Positions 52,369 to 64,000 of a stretch of 64,000 nt of DNA are shown here, one piece after another. Position 1 is the first letter of the stretch; every line of letters begins with the position of its first letter. A program made the translations under genes and the position numbers. The notes under the pieces were generated by a model, which worked only from the letters and a program-made list of their open reading frames with translations, was not told where the DNA came from and ran no database searches. The stretch comes from Neoechinorhynchus agilis (lineage: Eukaryota; Animalia; Acanthocephala). Location: assembly GCA_051530055.1 (NCBI GenBank), contig CM121342.1, positions 3,719,489-3,783,488 on the forward strand. Reading direction: 5' to 3'.

Positions 52369-55300
52369 TTATTTATTTTTGTCTTCGCTTTCAAAATACG
52401 ACCTTGATATCTCTGCGTTTCGTTCTACTAAGCTCTCGACGTTTTTCGATATCTTTTTGATCGTATTTATGAGTTTCTTTATTTTTTCATTCTCTTGTTT
52501 TCCTTCCTTTTCGTCTGCTCTAATTTTCGCTTTAACCGAGTGCAAGAGATCTATGCATTTATGAATATCATTTGATCGATATTCATCTTCCTTCTCCATG
52601 TCAAGTTTCATCAGCTCAGCCTTGTGTTGGTTTTCATCTAAAACTCTCTTCAACGCTTCATTCCTCACTGTCGCTTGTTCAATGGCAAGCGTTAATCTGT
52701 CCACCTCTCCTTTGTTGTCTTGAATGCAACCTTTAGCACGATAAATATTTTCTTCAAGATTTCTAATCTCTCGATCCTGTTCATCGACCGCATTAGCCTC
52801 TGTCGCATTTCGTTCGTTCAACTTCCTTTGAAGATTTTCGACATCATCTCTGGCTAACTCAAGTTCGCCTACAATCGGTTCCATTTCTGATTCAAGTACT
52901 TTAATCCTATGCCCTAATATATCTTTTTGATTATCTAATTGAGCACAGTCTTTTTTTATATCGCATCTAATGTCGGTCGATTGACCCGAGCTTAAGAACC
53001 CTTGATACCTATGATAAAAATCCTTTATCCTTTCAGCATCAGTGAAATAATTCGTCGTCAAATGACAAGTCTGCGCATTTAATCCACCAATCGCAGAAAA
53101 ATGAACGCTTATCTGATTGTCATTACATTTGATTTCGTCCATGACTCCATTAAATGAATTGATCAACAAACACATTTTCTTATCCATCGCGCAATCCACA
53201 ACGTGCTCATTGTTGATTTCTTCTGTTAGTTGTTGATTCTGTTCGAGAAGTTTAGATTTGGTCTGATTTGCTTTGTCCATTCTAATGAATAAGTCATAAG
53301 TAGGATTCTGAGGATTCTTCGAATTTCGAATCTTGATTTGACTATCTAGAGTTTGAAGATCAAGTTCGGCCACCGTGAGTTCGTTCTTCGCACGTCTCAG
53401 TCGATAATCGACATCTTTAACTCCTTCACGCAAACGAGTGATTTTCGTCGCCCATTCACTACGTTTACTCACGGCAACGCTAGTCTCCACTGATAATCTA
53501 TCAGCGTTGTTTATCGTTTGAATTAGTTGATTGAGCCTTATTTTTTTCTGTTCTCTTAAATTCGTCATATGTTCAAATGAACACTTTTGTTCTGCAATGT
53601 TCACAAGGTCGATCCCTCGCTCCTTCTCAAACGCTTCGCAAATCAAAACGTCTAACCGATCTTCTGCTTCTTTTAGTTGATCCATAAATCCGTTCGTATC
53701 CATGTGTCGTCGCTCAGCCATTATCAAATCCATTTTGGCTTCGTAGATATTTCTAATGCGGGTAAATGACTGGGAAATGTGGCCTGCGTTAAAAAATAGT
53801 CCCGGTTTATGCATTATTCCTTGCTTGTATTAATTTCCAATAGGCCTTTCGAGTACCGCCTCCTCGGGGGGTATCTGACAATCCGGAGCTATTCTTACAA
53901 AACTCATTGCCGTACGAGTTTGAAAGTCTAACAGATTTCATTCGGTTTCCCAATGTAAAATATCGATTAACGGTGCTACAAAAACACTTAAACCGGCTTG
54001 CCAGAAGACAACAAAATTCAACACTAATCCCAAGGTATAAAAGATGGCAGAGTTTGTACATTTCGTAGTTGTGTCGAAGCGGTCCATTGGACTTCGGTTT
54101 GAGGGTCAAAAGGATTCAAAATCCACCGTCGCCTTTGACTCACAACAAAAGGAAACGAAATACCGTTCTGCAGGGAAGAGGAAACTCACTGATGAGTCCA
54201 GGATCCTCGGGAGGAGGTATCTGAGAATCCGGAGCTATTCGTTTTTTGAAAGTCTAACAGATTTCATTCTGTTCCCCTATGTAAAATATCGGTTGGATGT
54301 GTGCCCAAAGGAAAAATCCGAGTAAAAGATGTTCTACAGAAAAACCTAAACCGCTTGCCAGAAGACAACAAAATTCAACACTAATCCCAAGGTATAAAAG
54401 ATGGCAGAGTTTGTACATTTCGTAATTTTGTCGAAGCGGTCCAGTGGACTTCGGTTTGAGGGTCAAAAGGATTCAAAATCCACCGTCGCCTTTGACTCAC
54501 AACAAAAGGAAACGAAATACCGTTCTGCAGGGAAGAGGAAACTCACTGATGAGTCTAGGATCCTCGGGAGGAGGTATCTGAGAATCCGGAGCAATTCGTT
54601 TTTTGAAAGTCTAACAGATTTCATTCTGTTCCCCTATGTAAAATATCGGTTGGATGTGTGCTTAAAAGGAACCAGACATAAGATAAAGTTATCGACAGAG
54701 AAAATCCTTTGGGATAATCGAATTAGAATTTTGGTGCCTACCTTTTAACAACCTGAAGAAGTCCTACGAGACAGACGAAATATTGTGTAAATGAGAAATA
54801 ATATCTATTTTCTCAATCAGCAAAAAGCCAGACTTAAAGATAAGACAAAGATTTGTGTATTTTAAGCACGACGAATAAAACATTCGAAGAGCTTAAAAGG
54901 CCACGTATAAACATTTTGCGACTTTAAAAGCAACTCAAAATAATCTGGGCTCGTTTAAATTAAAAAATAGGCGGACACATTTCCCGTCCGTAGTTGCGTC
55001 GGTTTTCCTTTCGAGTAAATTCTGTAAATCCGACTGAGACATCGCTCGTTCTTCGGGAATATCATCATGTAGTTCAGCTTTAAGCAATAGAATTGCTGCT
55101 GATTGAAAAGGAACCGTTGAATAAATATGGGCCAGTTCAGCCAGTCAATAGAGAGCATAAAGAAGAGACGGCCAACTGTGAGTAGCAGACACTGAAGTGA
55201 GATAACTCTTATTGATTTTCAGTTGATATCCAAGAATGGTCATCACTTTGACTAAAACATCGGCATTCATTTTCATTTGATCATTAGACGCCTTGCTACT

Positions 55301-55704
55301 TTCGAGCAATGCAGTCAATATCCGACTATCGATTTTAGAAATAAAGAATTGACATATTCCAAAATACATTCGACTGCCGAGAGGTTTGGACAGAATCTGG
55401 GGCGAAACATTTTCCGGGTAACCGAGATTATTTAGAATGTTATTTACAATATTAACCATATGACGGAGTTTGGATTTATTCAAAGGCTTGACGACCAATT
55501 CTTGCATTTGCTGGGTACTCATTGGATAGTTGAAAAACCTTCCGACAAGTACATTGGAATTGGTTGAGGCTTAACGGAAGATAAGTTCTTTTGAACATGA
55601 ATTTTACAAGATCCATGAGTACGCCGAATAATTAAAGAGCTGGCTAAACTCATGGTTTGCCGTGGGTATAACGTTCTCCTTTTCTTTGGCGTTCGCATCA
55701 TCAT
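52369..55704 (-). CDS. NDC80: Kinetochore protein NDC80/HEC1, with an in-frame TGA at 55147-55145
   Basis: CH domain: PQILSKP..F.ISKID..VMTILGYQLKINKSYLTSVSATHSWPSLLYALY(*)L. Followed by short introns, a 1.2-kb intron and a long coiled-coil exon. Confidence 0.8.
53800..54959 (+). mobile_element. Intronic insertion, possibly a decayed Penelope-like 3' end
   Basis: Flanked by ttaaaaaatag at 53789-53799 and 54960-54970. Contains an internal ~357-bp tandem duplication, a weak GIY-YIG-like frame and a hammerhead-like core. Confidence 0.35.
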
Positions 55705-56075
55705 CTAAAATCAATTGGATAAAGATCAGATCGCGATCAACCTTGAAATGCTTCGTCCAGAAATGTTTCTTCTAAATAATTCAAAATCCATTTTGACAAG
55801 CATCCGACCAACTTAAGATCTTTCGTCCGCTTTTAAAGGTAAGAATCTTGTTATTCCATAGTTTAAATTGAACTAAAAACAATCTCAACAAAATGATTCC
55901 AATAGCAAATTCTTAGAAATAACAAAGCATTTGGAAAAATCAATTCATACTCCAACTTCGCTTCTTATTAAAAGGAAACAAAGATCACCGCAGGTTTCTG
56001 AGAAAAAAATTAGCGCAATTATCAAATAAAAATGTAATAAAAAAGCTTAAGTGGAATCTCAGCATCGGATAGGTT

Positions 56076-59048
56076 TTGCCGAAATTCAAATTACATCACA
56101 ATGTGTTCAAATCGCCTACAATCGACGCTGGTGACGCAGATAATTTGAACGCGCCACTTATCGATCATAATCAACCTGAGAAGACCAACGCTGCCGGGCT
56201 CCCTTGCGTCTCTACTGGTTTGTGTCCGTTTTGCGGTAGGTCTTTTAAATTAACCAATTTCGGGGTTTTGTTTGTCCATGGTCCCCGGGATCTCCGCTGT
56301 AGTGGGTCTGGTTCTCCACCACAATTAACCGAAACTTTCGTGCCTGAGACCCCTCAGATCACCACTGATTCTATTTCGATACCTGACATCGTGCGGTTTC
56401 TGCCCAGGAACGTCCTGAAACGGATCCCTAAAGGCGCGCGATATCTGATCGCCAAAGCATTTACGGGATTCCTCAACGAATGCCTTCAAAGGAACCACGT
56501 CTCTTCGCTTTCCCGCGCTTAGTCCTCTGCACCAGCGGTGATTTTGAAGTGTCTTTGATATCAACAATCAAGGAAAGGTTAGCCTCCTTTGAACAAATAT
56601 TTAAGGATTTTGAAAGGAATCTCTGCGAGGTTCGTAAGGGACGCACGAAGGAAGAGTTTCGCTGCCGTTTTTCAAAACGATCACTGACTGAGCGTGTCTC
56701 TTCGAAGCTTGCAGACGGGGATGTTCGGGGGGCTGTTCGGTTATTGTCATCCTCCGACAGTTTCGCAAAAGGAGACAGCGAGACGCTACAAATACTCCGG
56801 TCGAAGCACCCATGTAGTAGCGGAAGTTTTGAAATTCCATCTCCTCCCATACAAGACAGGACGCCCACTCAAATTTCAGAGTTACAAAAGGCCTTCTCAT
56901 CTTTTGCAAATGGTTCGGGTCACAGGCTTGACGGACTAAGGCCTCAGCACCTAAAGGACTTTACAACTGGTGAAGCAGCTTTCTCCTTAGAAAAGTCGCT
57001 TTCTCGAACAGTCGACCGCCTGACTGGAGTGGACCTGAACCCCGTTGCAAAGGACCTATTTTTCGGAGCACCATTAAGTGCCCTCACAAAAAAAGAAGGT
57101 AGGATCCGTCCCATCGCCATATCTTCGACGATACGCCGACTCGCAGGAAAAATTCTCTGCAAACGTATCATAGAGAAAACCGGACAACAACTTCGTCCAG
57201 TCCAACTGGGCTGCTGCACATCCTGCGGGGCGGAAGCTATTGTCCACTCGCTCCGAAACTTTGCTACGAGAAGCTCAGAGCCGTGCGTGATTCTTTAGTG
57301 TGATTTTCGGAACGCCTTTAACTCTCTCAATGGAGAAATCATGTTCCGCGCAATTAGGGATCATGCCCCAGAAGCCTTCCAGTATTTTCTCAATGCCTAC
57401 GGGACGGCGACTCCTTTGCTTTTCGAAGACCACCTCATTTGGTCCGAAAGAGGAGTGCAGCAAGGAGATCCCCTCGTTCCAATCGCATTCTCCCTAACAG
57501 TAAATCCAATAGCGCATTCTCTCCATTCCAGCTTCAACGCTTGGTACTTGGATGACTCTACGCTCGGAGGTGATCCCTCCGTTGTACTGCGCGATTTGGA
57601 GAATTGAGCTTAATGCTGAAAAATGTGAGCTCCTTGTACGGAATATTGGAGACGCCGCCAAAGTCAAAGAACTAATGGCTGGGTTCGAGGCCGTAGCTCC
57701 AGGCCTGAAACTCGTGACTCGGGAACAACTCAGCCTCCTGGGCAGTTGCGTCTTCGATTCAAATGTGGAAGATGAGATCGGCCATATCATACCGAAACTT
57801 TCGTTGCTGTGCGATAGGGTGAGCGCTCTCTGGACTCATGGAGCGTTATTTCTGATAAAGAATGCGCTCTTCATCCCCAAATTATTGTACAAGGTTCGCA
57901 CAGTAACAGTTTTCAAACACAAAAAAGGATTGGCAAAGCTGGACGATAAGGTGAGGGCATGCCTCGAGCGTATTTTAAATGTCCAGCTCTCAGATGAGGC
58001 GTGGCGACAAGCTTCTTTGCCTGTGTCATCTGGGGGATTGGGAATTCGGGCACTAGTCGACCTTGCTTTGCCGGCCTTTCTTGGATCGTTTGAGGGGAGC
58101 CTACCAGTCTCGAAGAACATTTTGAAGGAAAAGTTCTGTCTTGACCGGGATTTCGTGGTGGCGGTTGAGGAATGGTGCCAGCAGACAGGCGCTAACCATG
58201 TTCCCGTGAATGGCCTCAGACAGTCGATCTGGGACGGACCTCTTGTCGCGAGAGCTCACAGCTCTCTACTTTCAGGTTCTCGCGATGGGGTCGTCCGAGC
58301 TAGACTGTTGGCAGTTTCAACACGAGAATCTGGGGCGTGGTTGGAGGCTGTTCCTCTGGCATCAGTGGGAACTCTTCTTACTGATGAGGTAACGAGGATC
58401 GCAGTATCCTTAAGACTCGGTCTCCCGATATGCACGCCCCATCGCTGTCGATGTGGGTCTTTGGTTGATGCTTTCGGGCGACACGGTCTCGTCTGCAGAA
58501 GGTCAGCAGGAAGGTTTTCACGCCATTCTGAAATCAATAACGCAATTTCTCGAGCGTTGAGAACGGCGAACTTCCCGAACATCCTGGAACCCGCCCACCT
58601 CTGTAGACTAGACGGCCGTAGGCCCGATGGAATTTCGGTCTTCCCGTGGCGGGAGGGCAAATGCCTTCTCTGGGACGTCACGTGTGTGGATACCCTCGCA
58701 GCCAGCAACATCCCCTACTCCCTCGAAATCGCCGGTGGTGCCGCCAGTGCAGCGGAAGGGAAGAAAATACGGAAATATCTTCACTTATCGAGGGCTCACT
58801 ATTTTGTCCCCTTTGGGGTAGAGACGTATGGAGCGCACGGCAGCTCGGCACTCACTCTGGATCTCTCGAAGAAATTGAGAAAGGCAACCGGAGACTCAGG
58901 AGCAGGCGTATTCCTTCGACAAAATATCTCGCTAGCAGTACAACGAGCGACGGTCGAGGAAGGACAAAAGCTGGAATTTGGCGGGAGGTGGTGAGTGTGC
59001 TTCAAACAGATTGTTAAAAATATATTATGTTTATTTAAAAAAAATCTC
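56076..59048 (+). mobile_element. Near full-length RLE-type non-LTR retrotransposon (CRE-like), inactivated
   Basis: N-terminal CPFC..HGPR..C finger. RT motifs RPIAI..RRLAGK, DFRNAFN, GVQQGDPL and YLDD. C-terminal CRC..H..C knuckle and RLE (RHSEIN, RPDG, WDVTC, PFGVETYG), then an A-rich tail. It has frameshifts and a TAG at 57296-57298. Confidence 0.9.
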
Positions 59049-61088
59049 GGTATAAATTCGTTATGGGTTTCGATTTTAACGACTGAATTAATAAAAACAA
59101 TTGGAAAAAACGCAAATATTTTTTGTCATTGGCAATGATCAAAGAACAAACGTTATTCGCCGATTCGATTGATGGATAATTAGTGCACCCTTATAGAAAA
59201 TAAATGACTTGACTGTTAATCTGCAATCAAAACGTGCCGACTGTTTTAGCGAATCAGCTTATTGTTGGAAAAGGCAACAGAACACTAAATTGTGTTAAAA
59301 ATATATTATGTTTTTAAAAAAAATCTCGTAACATTTATGATTTGAAGATTAATCGATGGAAAATCCAAAAAATTGGACGTGACCGCGCGATTAATTTCGT
59401 CACCAAAAATCGGTCTGCCAGATCAGAAACACCGAACTTTGCTGACGTCAGTCATTCCTATTTTGTTGTTCTTTATAATTCGTACAACTCCGAGCTGTAA
59501 CACTGAATTTATTGAACATTCGCAAGAGAAGATTATCAATATGTTCATTAGTTTGAACTTTCTGATTTCCAATAACACCATCGTTGGTTCAACGCAAACC
59601 ACCGAAAATTTGTTCTCAGAAAATAAAGTCGAGTCGGTATTTCCTCGCTGAATTTCCAATGTTCTTTGAGAAGTTGAGTATTCAGTCAACTTTTCCTCCT
59701 TTCGTTGGACTCTAGGATATATTTTCTTTGTGTTTCGGAAAGACTCGGACGCAATTGACGTCCGATATGCACTTTCCTTTGATTTCGGCGTTCTCTCGAT
59801 ATTTTGTAAGGCTCTTCATATATTGTATTTTTTGTGACGAGAAAAATAGAGATCGATTTATTAATTCACAATACTCCGTCCGTTGCGTAAGACTCGGATT
59901 TTACAAAATTTGAAACTGACACTTAAATGCAAATAAATTGATTGTTGATCTTATTTTTTCCGATGCAAGGCAATGACAAGATGAAGTTTGCATTTAAATC
60001 GTATAATCGATTATTTCGGATTTGAGATATCTTTGGAATTTAAATCAGAATGCGTTCTTTTTTCATTTATATTTTGCCTTTTGTCCGAATTTGCATTTTG
60101 AGCGTCCTAAATTTCAAAGCAACGAGCGTCGATTGTACTTTGGGGCCTCAAAAAATCCATCGCGAATGATGAAATAAAACTTATTTGGTCGGGGACGGTG
60201 GATTCCTGGATTCCTGGATCTCGTTCATCGAAAGAGACGGAAGCCACATCGACGTTTCAGAATAAGAAGTTTTATTGCAGGGAAGGAAAGAGACGCTAAA
60301 AGGAAGGAACCCGTTTTCTAGGTACAAAGCTTTCTCGAACTTTCCTCCGAAAACAGTAAGTATCGACGAACGGTCGAAGCCCAATGACGATCGATGCTGC
60401 TTTTTTGTAGCTCAGAGGGCGTTTAAAAAATGAAAGATAAAATGCAGAAAAAAGAAATTTAGGAGTGAATGATGCTGTAATTTTGCGAGACTGCACGAAC
60501 GACATTTTATCCTAAATTTCAAAAAAACGATCATCGATGGCACTTTTTGTGCACCAAAAATCCATCGTTGATAATAAAAGAAATCATTCGGCTCACCGTT
60601 TAATAGATTTTAATTTTCGATTTTATCTTCTCATTTTAAGGGCATTTCGTCTGTTATTCGGCGAAGTGGAACACTCGGTTTTTTCTTGAAAATGCTCATT
60701 GGTCCACCTTTAATTTCATGGCTCTCTTCCGCTGTTTCTTTAGCTGGATAGCAAAATACAAATTATCCGTTGTCGGTGGTCCGAACGAAAACGTCTATCT
60801 TCCTGGCAGCCATCGTCCAGGCATCTGAAGGGTACCTTTTGAAAGATGTGATTTACAATGCTGAAAAATAAATCTAGAAAAAAATCACTTAAGCAATAAC
60901 CCATTACGAAGATTGTTTCCATATAATTCGTTCAATTTTTAAAAATAACGAAGATAATTATTAAAAAATACATTAATTCCATGTTCTGTCTCTCGATTTT
61001 TCACCTCAAAACATCTCGACCAAGAAGCAAAGCTCGGAATCTTTATTTGTTTCCAGAAAATCGAAATTCTAGAAAAAGGTCACCACTT

Positions 61089-62273
61089 TCATAAATAGGA
61101 TTCTCGATGAGCAGTCCTTCTTTCCTTAATTTCGTTCGCCGTCCGAACAGGAATATTGCCTTGGAAAAATATTGGAAACACTTCTGAAATATTAATTTCC
61201 CGGTCGACATGAACGTGTCTTTGTGCCCTTTCCAAAGATCCAATCATTGATAGCATAGAAAACGATATCCTGTAAGCATCGATTAGACAGACATCATCGA
61301 TCGTTGCAACTTCGATATCTTCTCCAGTTGAATCTTTGATAGCTAATCGTTCGGTTTCCTGCATAAGAAGGAAGTTTATCTCCTTTGGTGTTCGACTTCT
61401 CATTCTCGGACCAAGCAGAGCAGCGAATGGTGATTTCGACGGTTTCTTCATCGATACCATCGACAGAACTTCTAATATCGATTTGTTTCTCGCTTTGTAA
61501 TTGGACAAGAGACCAGCAATATTCTCACCGACGTATTTCAAAGCCTTAACGGGATCGTGATTCTCAGTCATCATATCTAACAATTCTTGAATGCAAAGAA
61601 AACATTTGACTTGATCGTTCCGTTCCACGAGATTGTCCCATCTCTCATTTATCAACTTTCTGGCTTCGTCGCATCGTTTTTCCTCTATTAATTTCATTAC
61701 TTCTCCTCGTTTCTTAACAAAGTCCAGCGCTAAAGTTGGATCTTTGAAATTTAACTGAGGAAAATCCGAGTAGGACAAATGCTTGGCTTCTTTAAAGATG
61801 GCTTCCAATGGTTCATGAAAACCTCTAACGATCATATAATTAACCGACATAATGTCCGCGGAATTATGAGTTCTCCATTTCTCCATTATCATTTTAACGT
61901 AGTCCTTGTAAAATGACTGCAATTTGCAATGAAAGAGATTCGAATACATTTCGTGAGATTCGGATTTTCGATACTCAATGAACTCAATTTCACATCGTCT
62001 TATACTCAAGAAGATGAAAAATAAAAGGTTTGTTTCTTTGTAAACATTTACATGTCCAAATTTAGTAAGCATAGGTAAATTCCGTCTTAAATATTCGTGA
62101 TTTCGATCATCGCCCTCCAAAGACAAATCTTTACTTGGTCTTCAATAAATCAGTCACTAAGCCTTTTTGATCTAACAGTCACCAAGAATATGAAATCGGC
62201 ACTTGATTCCAAATAAATTGATTGTTGATCTTATTTTTTCCGATGCAAGGCAATGACAAGATGAAGTTTGCAT
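61089..62273 (-). CDS. GID8-like: GID8/TWA1-like protein, copy 6
   Basis: Intact 345-aa exon, with ATG exon 62273-62183 and intron 62182-62129. The upstream flank lacks the LINE insertion seen in copies 1 and 3. Confidence 0.8.
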
Positions 62274-63482
62274 TTAAATCGTATAATCGATTAATTCGGA
62301 TTTGAGATATCTTTGGAATTTAGATCAGAATGCGTTCTTTTTTAATTTATGTTTTGCATTTTGTTAGAATTTGCATTTTGAGCGTCCTAAATTTCAAAGC
62401 AACGAGCGTTGATTGTACTTTGGGTGCTTCAAAAAATCTACCTCCGATAAAATTAAAATTTAATGATCTACCTCCAAGAATCGCGTTATGCAGTACGCAA
62501 TCCAATCTTCCACATTTTCTTCAAAGAACTTTCTTGCTGTTTCCAAATCACTATGGAATCCGTTTTCTCGGAAATAAATTGGCGGACGCTTAAGCGTCCT
62601 TAAAGTCTAAAAGATAAATAGGCCGCGTGGATCTTTCTAAAACGACGAAATGTTTCCAGGCGAACTTAATTATATCGGCCGATGGGCCAACAAAAATAGT
62701 TTGGCCGAGATTCATAACTATGGAGATTATTCGGAAATTCCAACGGCTAATTTGTTGATTCAGGGATCTCATCCATCGAAGGAGAGAGATGAAGAAGCGA
62801 CATCGACGTTTCAGAATAAGAAGTTTTCGTGTAGCGAAGGAAAGAGACGTTAAAAGGAAGGAACCCGTTTTCTGGGTACAAAGCTTTCTCGAAATTTTTC
62901 TCCGAAAATTGTAAGTATCGACGAACGGTCGAAGCCCAATGACGGTCGATGCTACTTTTTAGTTGCTCAGAGGGCGTTTAAAAATGAAAGATAAAAAATT
63001 TTGATTCTTTTACCCAGAAAATAAGATCCTAAGGATTTTGGTGGAAAATGCGCCTTGGTCATAGGATTTAAAATGTTTTCGGGAGCATTTTGACAATGTT
63101 TTAACAAAGGTCTCAAAAAAGTTTGATAATTTAGTAGAAAACAATCCGAACGAAGAAAACGATGCTGGTAAAAATCGATCAGGAATTATGATACTTCAAG
63201 GGCCACACATAGATAATAACTGCGATGACGAACGCAAAAAACTTACAAGCAATTGACTTTTGCGAGGCTAACGGAAAGGCCGAAAATTTTCAATATAAAT
63301 CTATTTTCTGAATCAAACATCGCTAATTGAAACTATAATGAATTACGGCAAGGATGCTGGGTGATCGCTTTAAAATGCATTGTGCATAATTTAGTTTCCT
63401 TGACTTTTGATAACGAATACAATGGTTTATTGGGAACAACAATTAGAGGTAAGCCAACTAAAAAGCAAAAATTATTACAAAA

Positions 63483-63995
63483 TCAAAGGTTCCATCGAGG
63501 CTCTTGGCCAGTTACAAGTCTGCCAAACTCTAAAACATCGATTTTATCGTCGCAGTCGCCATCTACTGATTCAATCATAAGGCCAATTTTCCGTCTTCCA
63601 AGCCGATCTCCTTCGCAGTTTGTTGCCGCGCATAGTTCATTAATCCCAATTTTCCCACTCTTGTCCACGTCCAACTGATCAAAGGCATTTTGAATCTTCA
63701 TTCCAACAGTCGGCTTTCGTCTTAATACAAAATCCAGAAAGTCCTTTGAGTTCATTTCTTCGCATCCTGATAGAAGGAATACAGAGATATCAATCAAGGA
63801 ATGCAACCATTGTCCCTTCGTACTTTCAACAAAATCTTTAAGTTCACCAATCGAAATTTTGCCATCTCGATTGACATCGATTTCATCAAATATTTTCTCT
63901 ATGTACCTATGAGTTTTCTTATTTTGCTCTATTTGACAATCCATCAGGTAATTCTCGAAAGGATCAGAACTCGTTCTCGGTGTGTCCTCGGTCAT
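63483..63995 (-). CDS. Calmodulin-like EF-hand protein
   Basis: EF loops DVNRDGKISIGE, DVDKSGKIGINE and DGDCDDKIDVLE; the second hand is degenerate. Confidence 0.85.
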   Translation of the reverse strand: MTEDTPRTSSDPFENYLMDCQIEQNKKTHRYIEKIFDEIDVNRDGKISIGELKDFVESTKGQWLHSLIDISVFLLSGCEEMNSKDFLDFVLRRKPTVGMKIQNAFDQLDVDKSGKIGINELCAATNCEGDRLGRRKIGLMIESVDGDCDDKIDVLEFGRLVTGQEPRWNL

Positions 63996-64000
63996 TTGAA

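Noticed and set aside
54160-54200. Hammerhead at cgaaa...ctgatgagtcc in the 357-bp tandem unit
   Set aside because: Stems I-III cannot be formed convincingly around the CTGATGA core.
55145-55147. Genome-wide UGA=Trp code reassignment
   Set aside because: Other Trp codons in recognisable genes are TGG, and TGA terminates several genes at expected positions. An apparent second case (35837-35835) disappears with the better GTCAGT splice.
55145-55147. Selenocysteine recoding of the NDC80 TGA
   Set aside because: The aligned residue is Trp, not Cys, and no SECIS was recognised.
56040-59330. Spliced-leader gene or TSD as target of the CRE-like element
   Set aside because: No recognisable SL or snRNA sequence lies in the flanks, and only a 6-nt aatctc match links the two ends.

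Overview
This is AT-rich nuclear DNA from a compact, fast-evolving eukaryote, probably an invertebrate animal; the lineage cannot be fixed from sequence alone. Short GT-AG introns (about 35-60 nt) are the norm. Housekeeping genes (PPAN/SSF1, an NDUFA3-like gene missed by the ORF track, WD40 protein(s), SETD8, PGLS, NDC80, an EF-hand protein) are interleaved with a heavily duplicated accessory mosaic. The mosaic contains six copies of a GID8/TWA1-like LisH-CTLH-CRA gene, a ~10 kb nested segmental duplication, and a 195-bp satellite that appears to be the amplified 5' end of an RLE-type (CRE-like) retrotransposon. It also holds a near full-length but broken CRE-like element, LINE and Penelope-like RT remnants, a 92-bp dimeric satellite, and a 339-bp double-hairpin array inside a SETD8 intron. 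The leading candidates are the GID8-like amplification, the retroelement-derived coding-frame satellite, and an in-frame TGA at a conserved Trp of NDC80. All family assignments are by eye from motifs; no database search was run.
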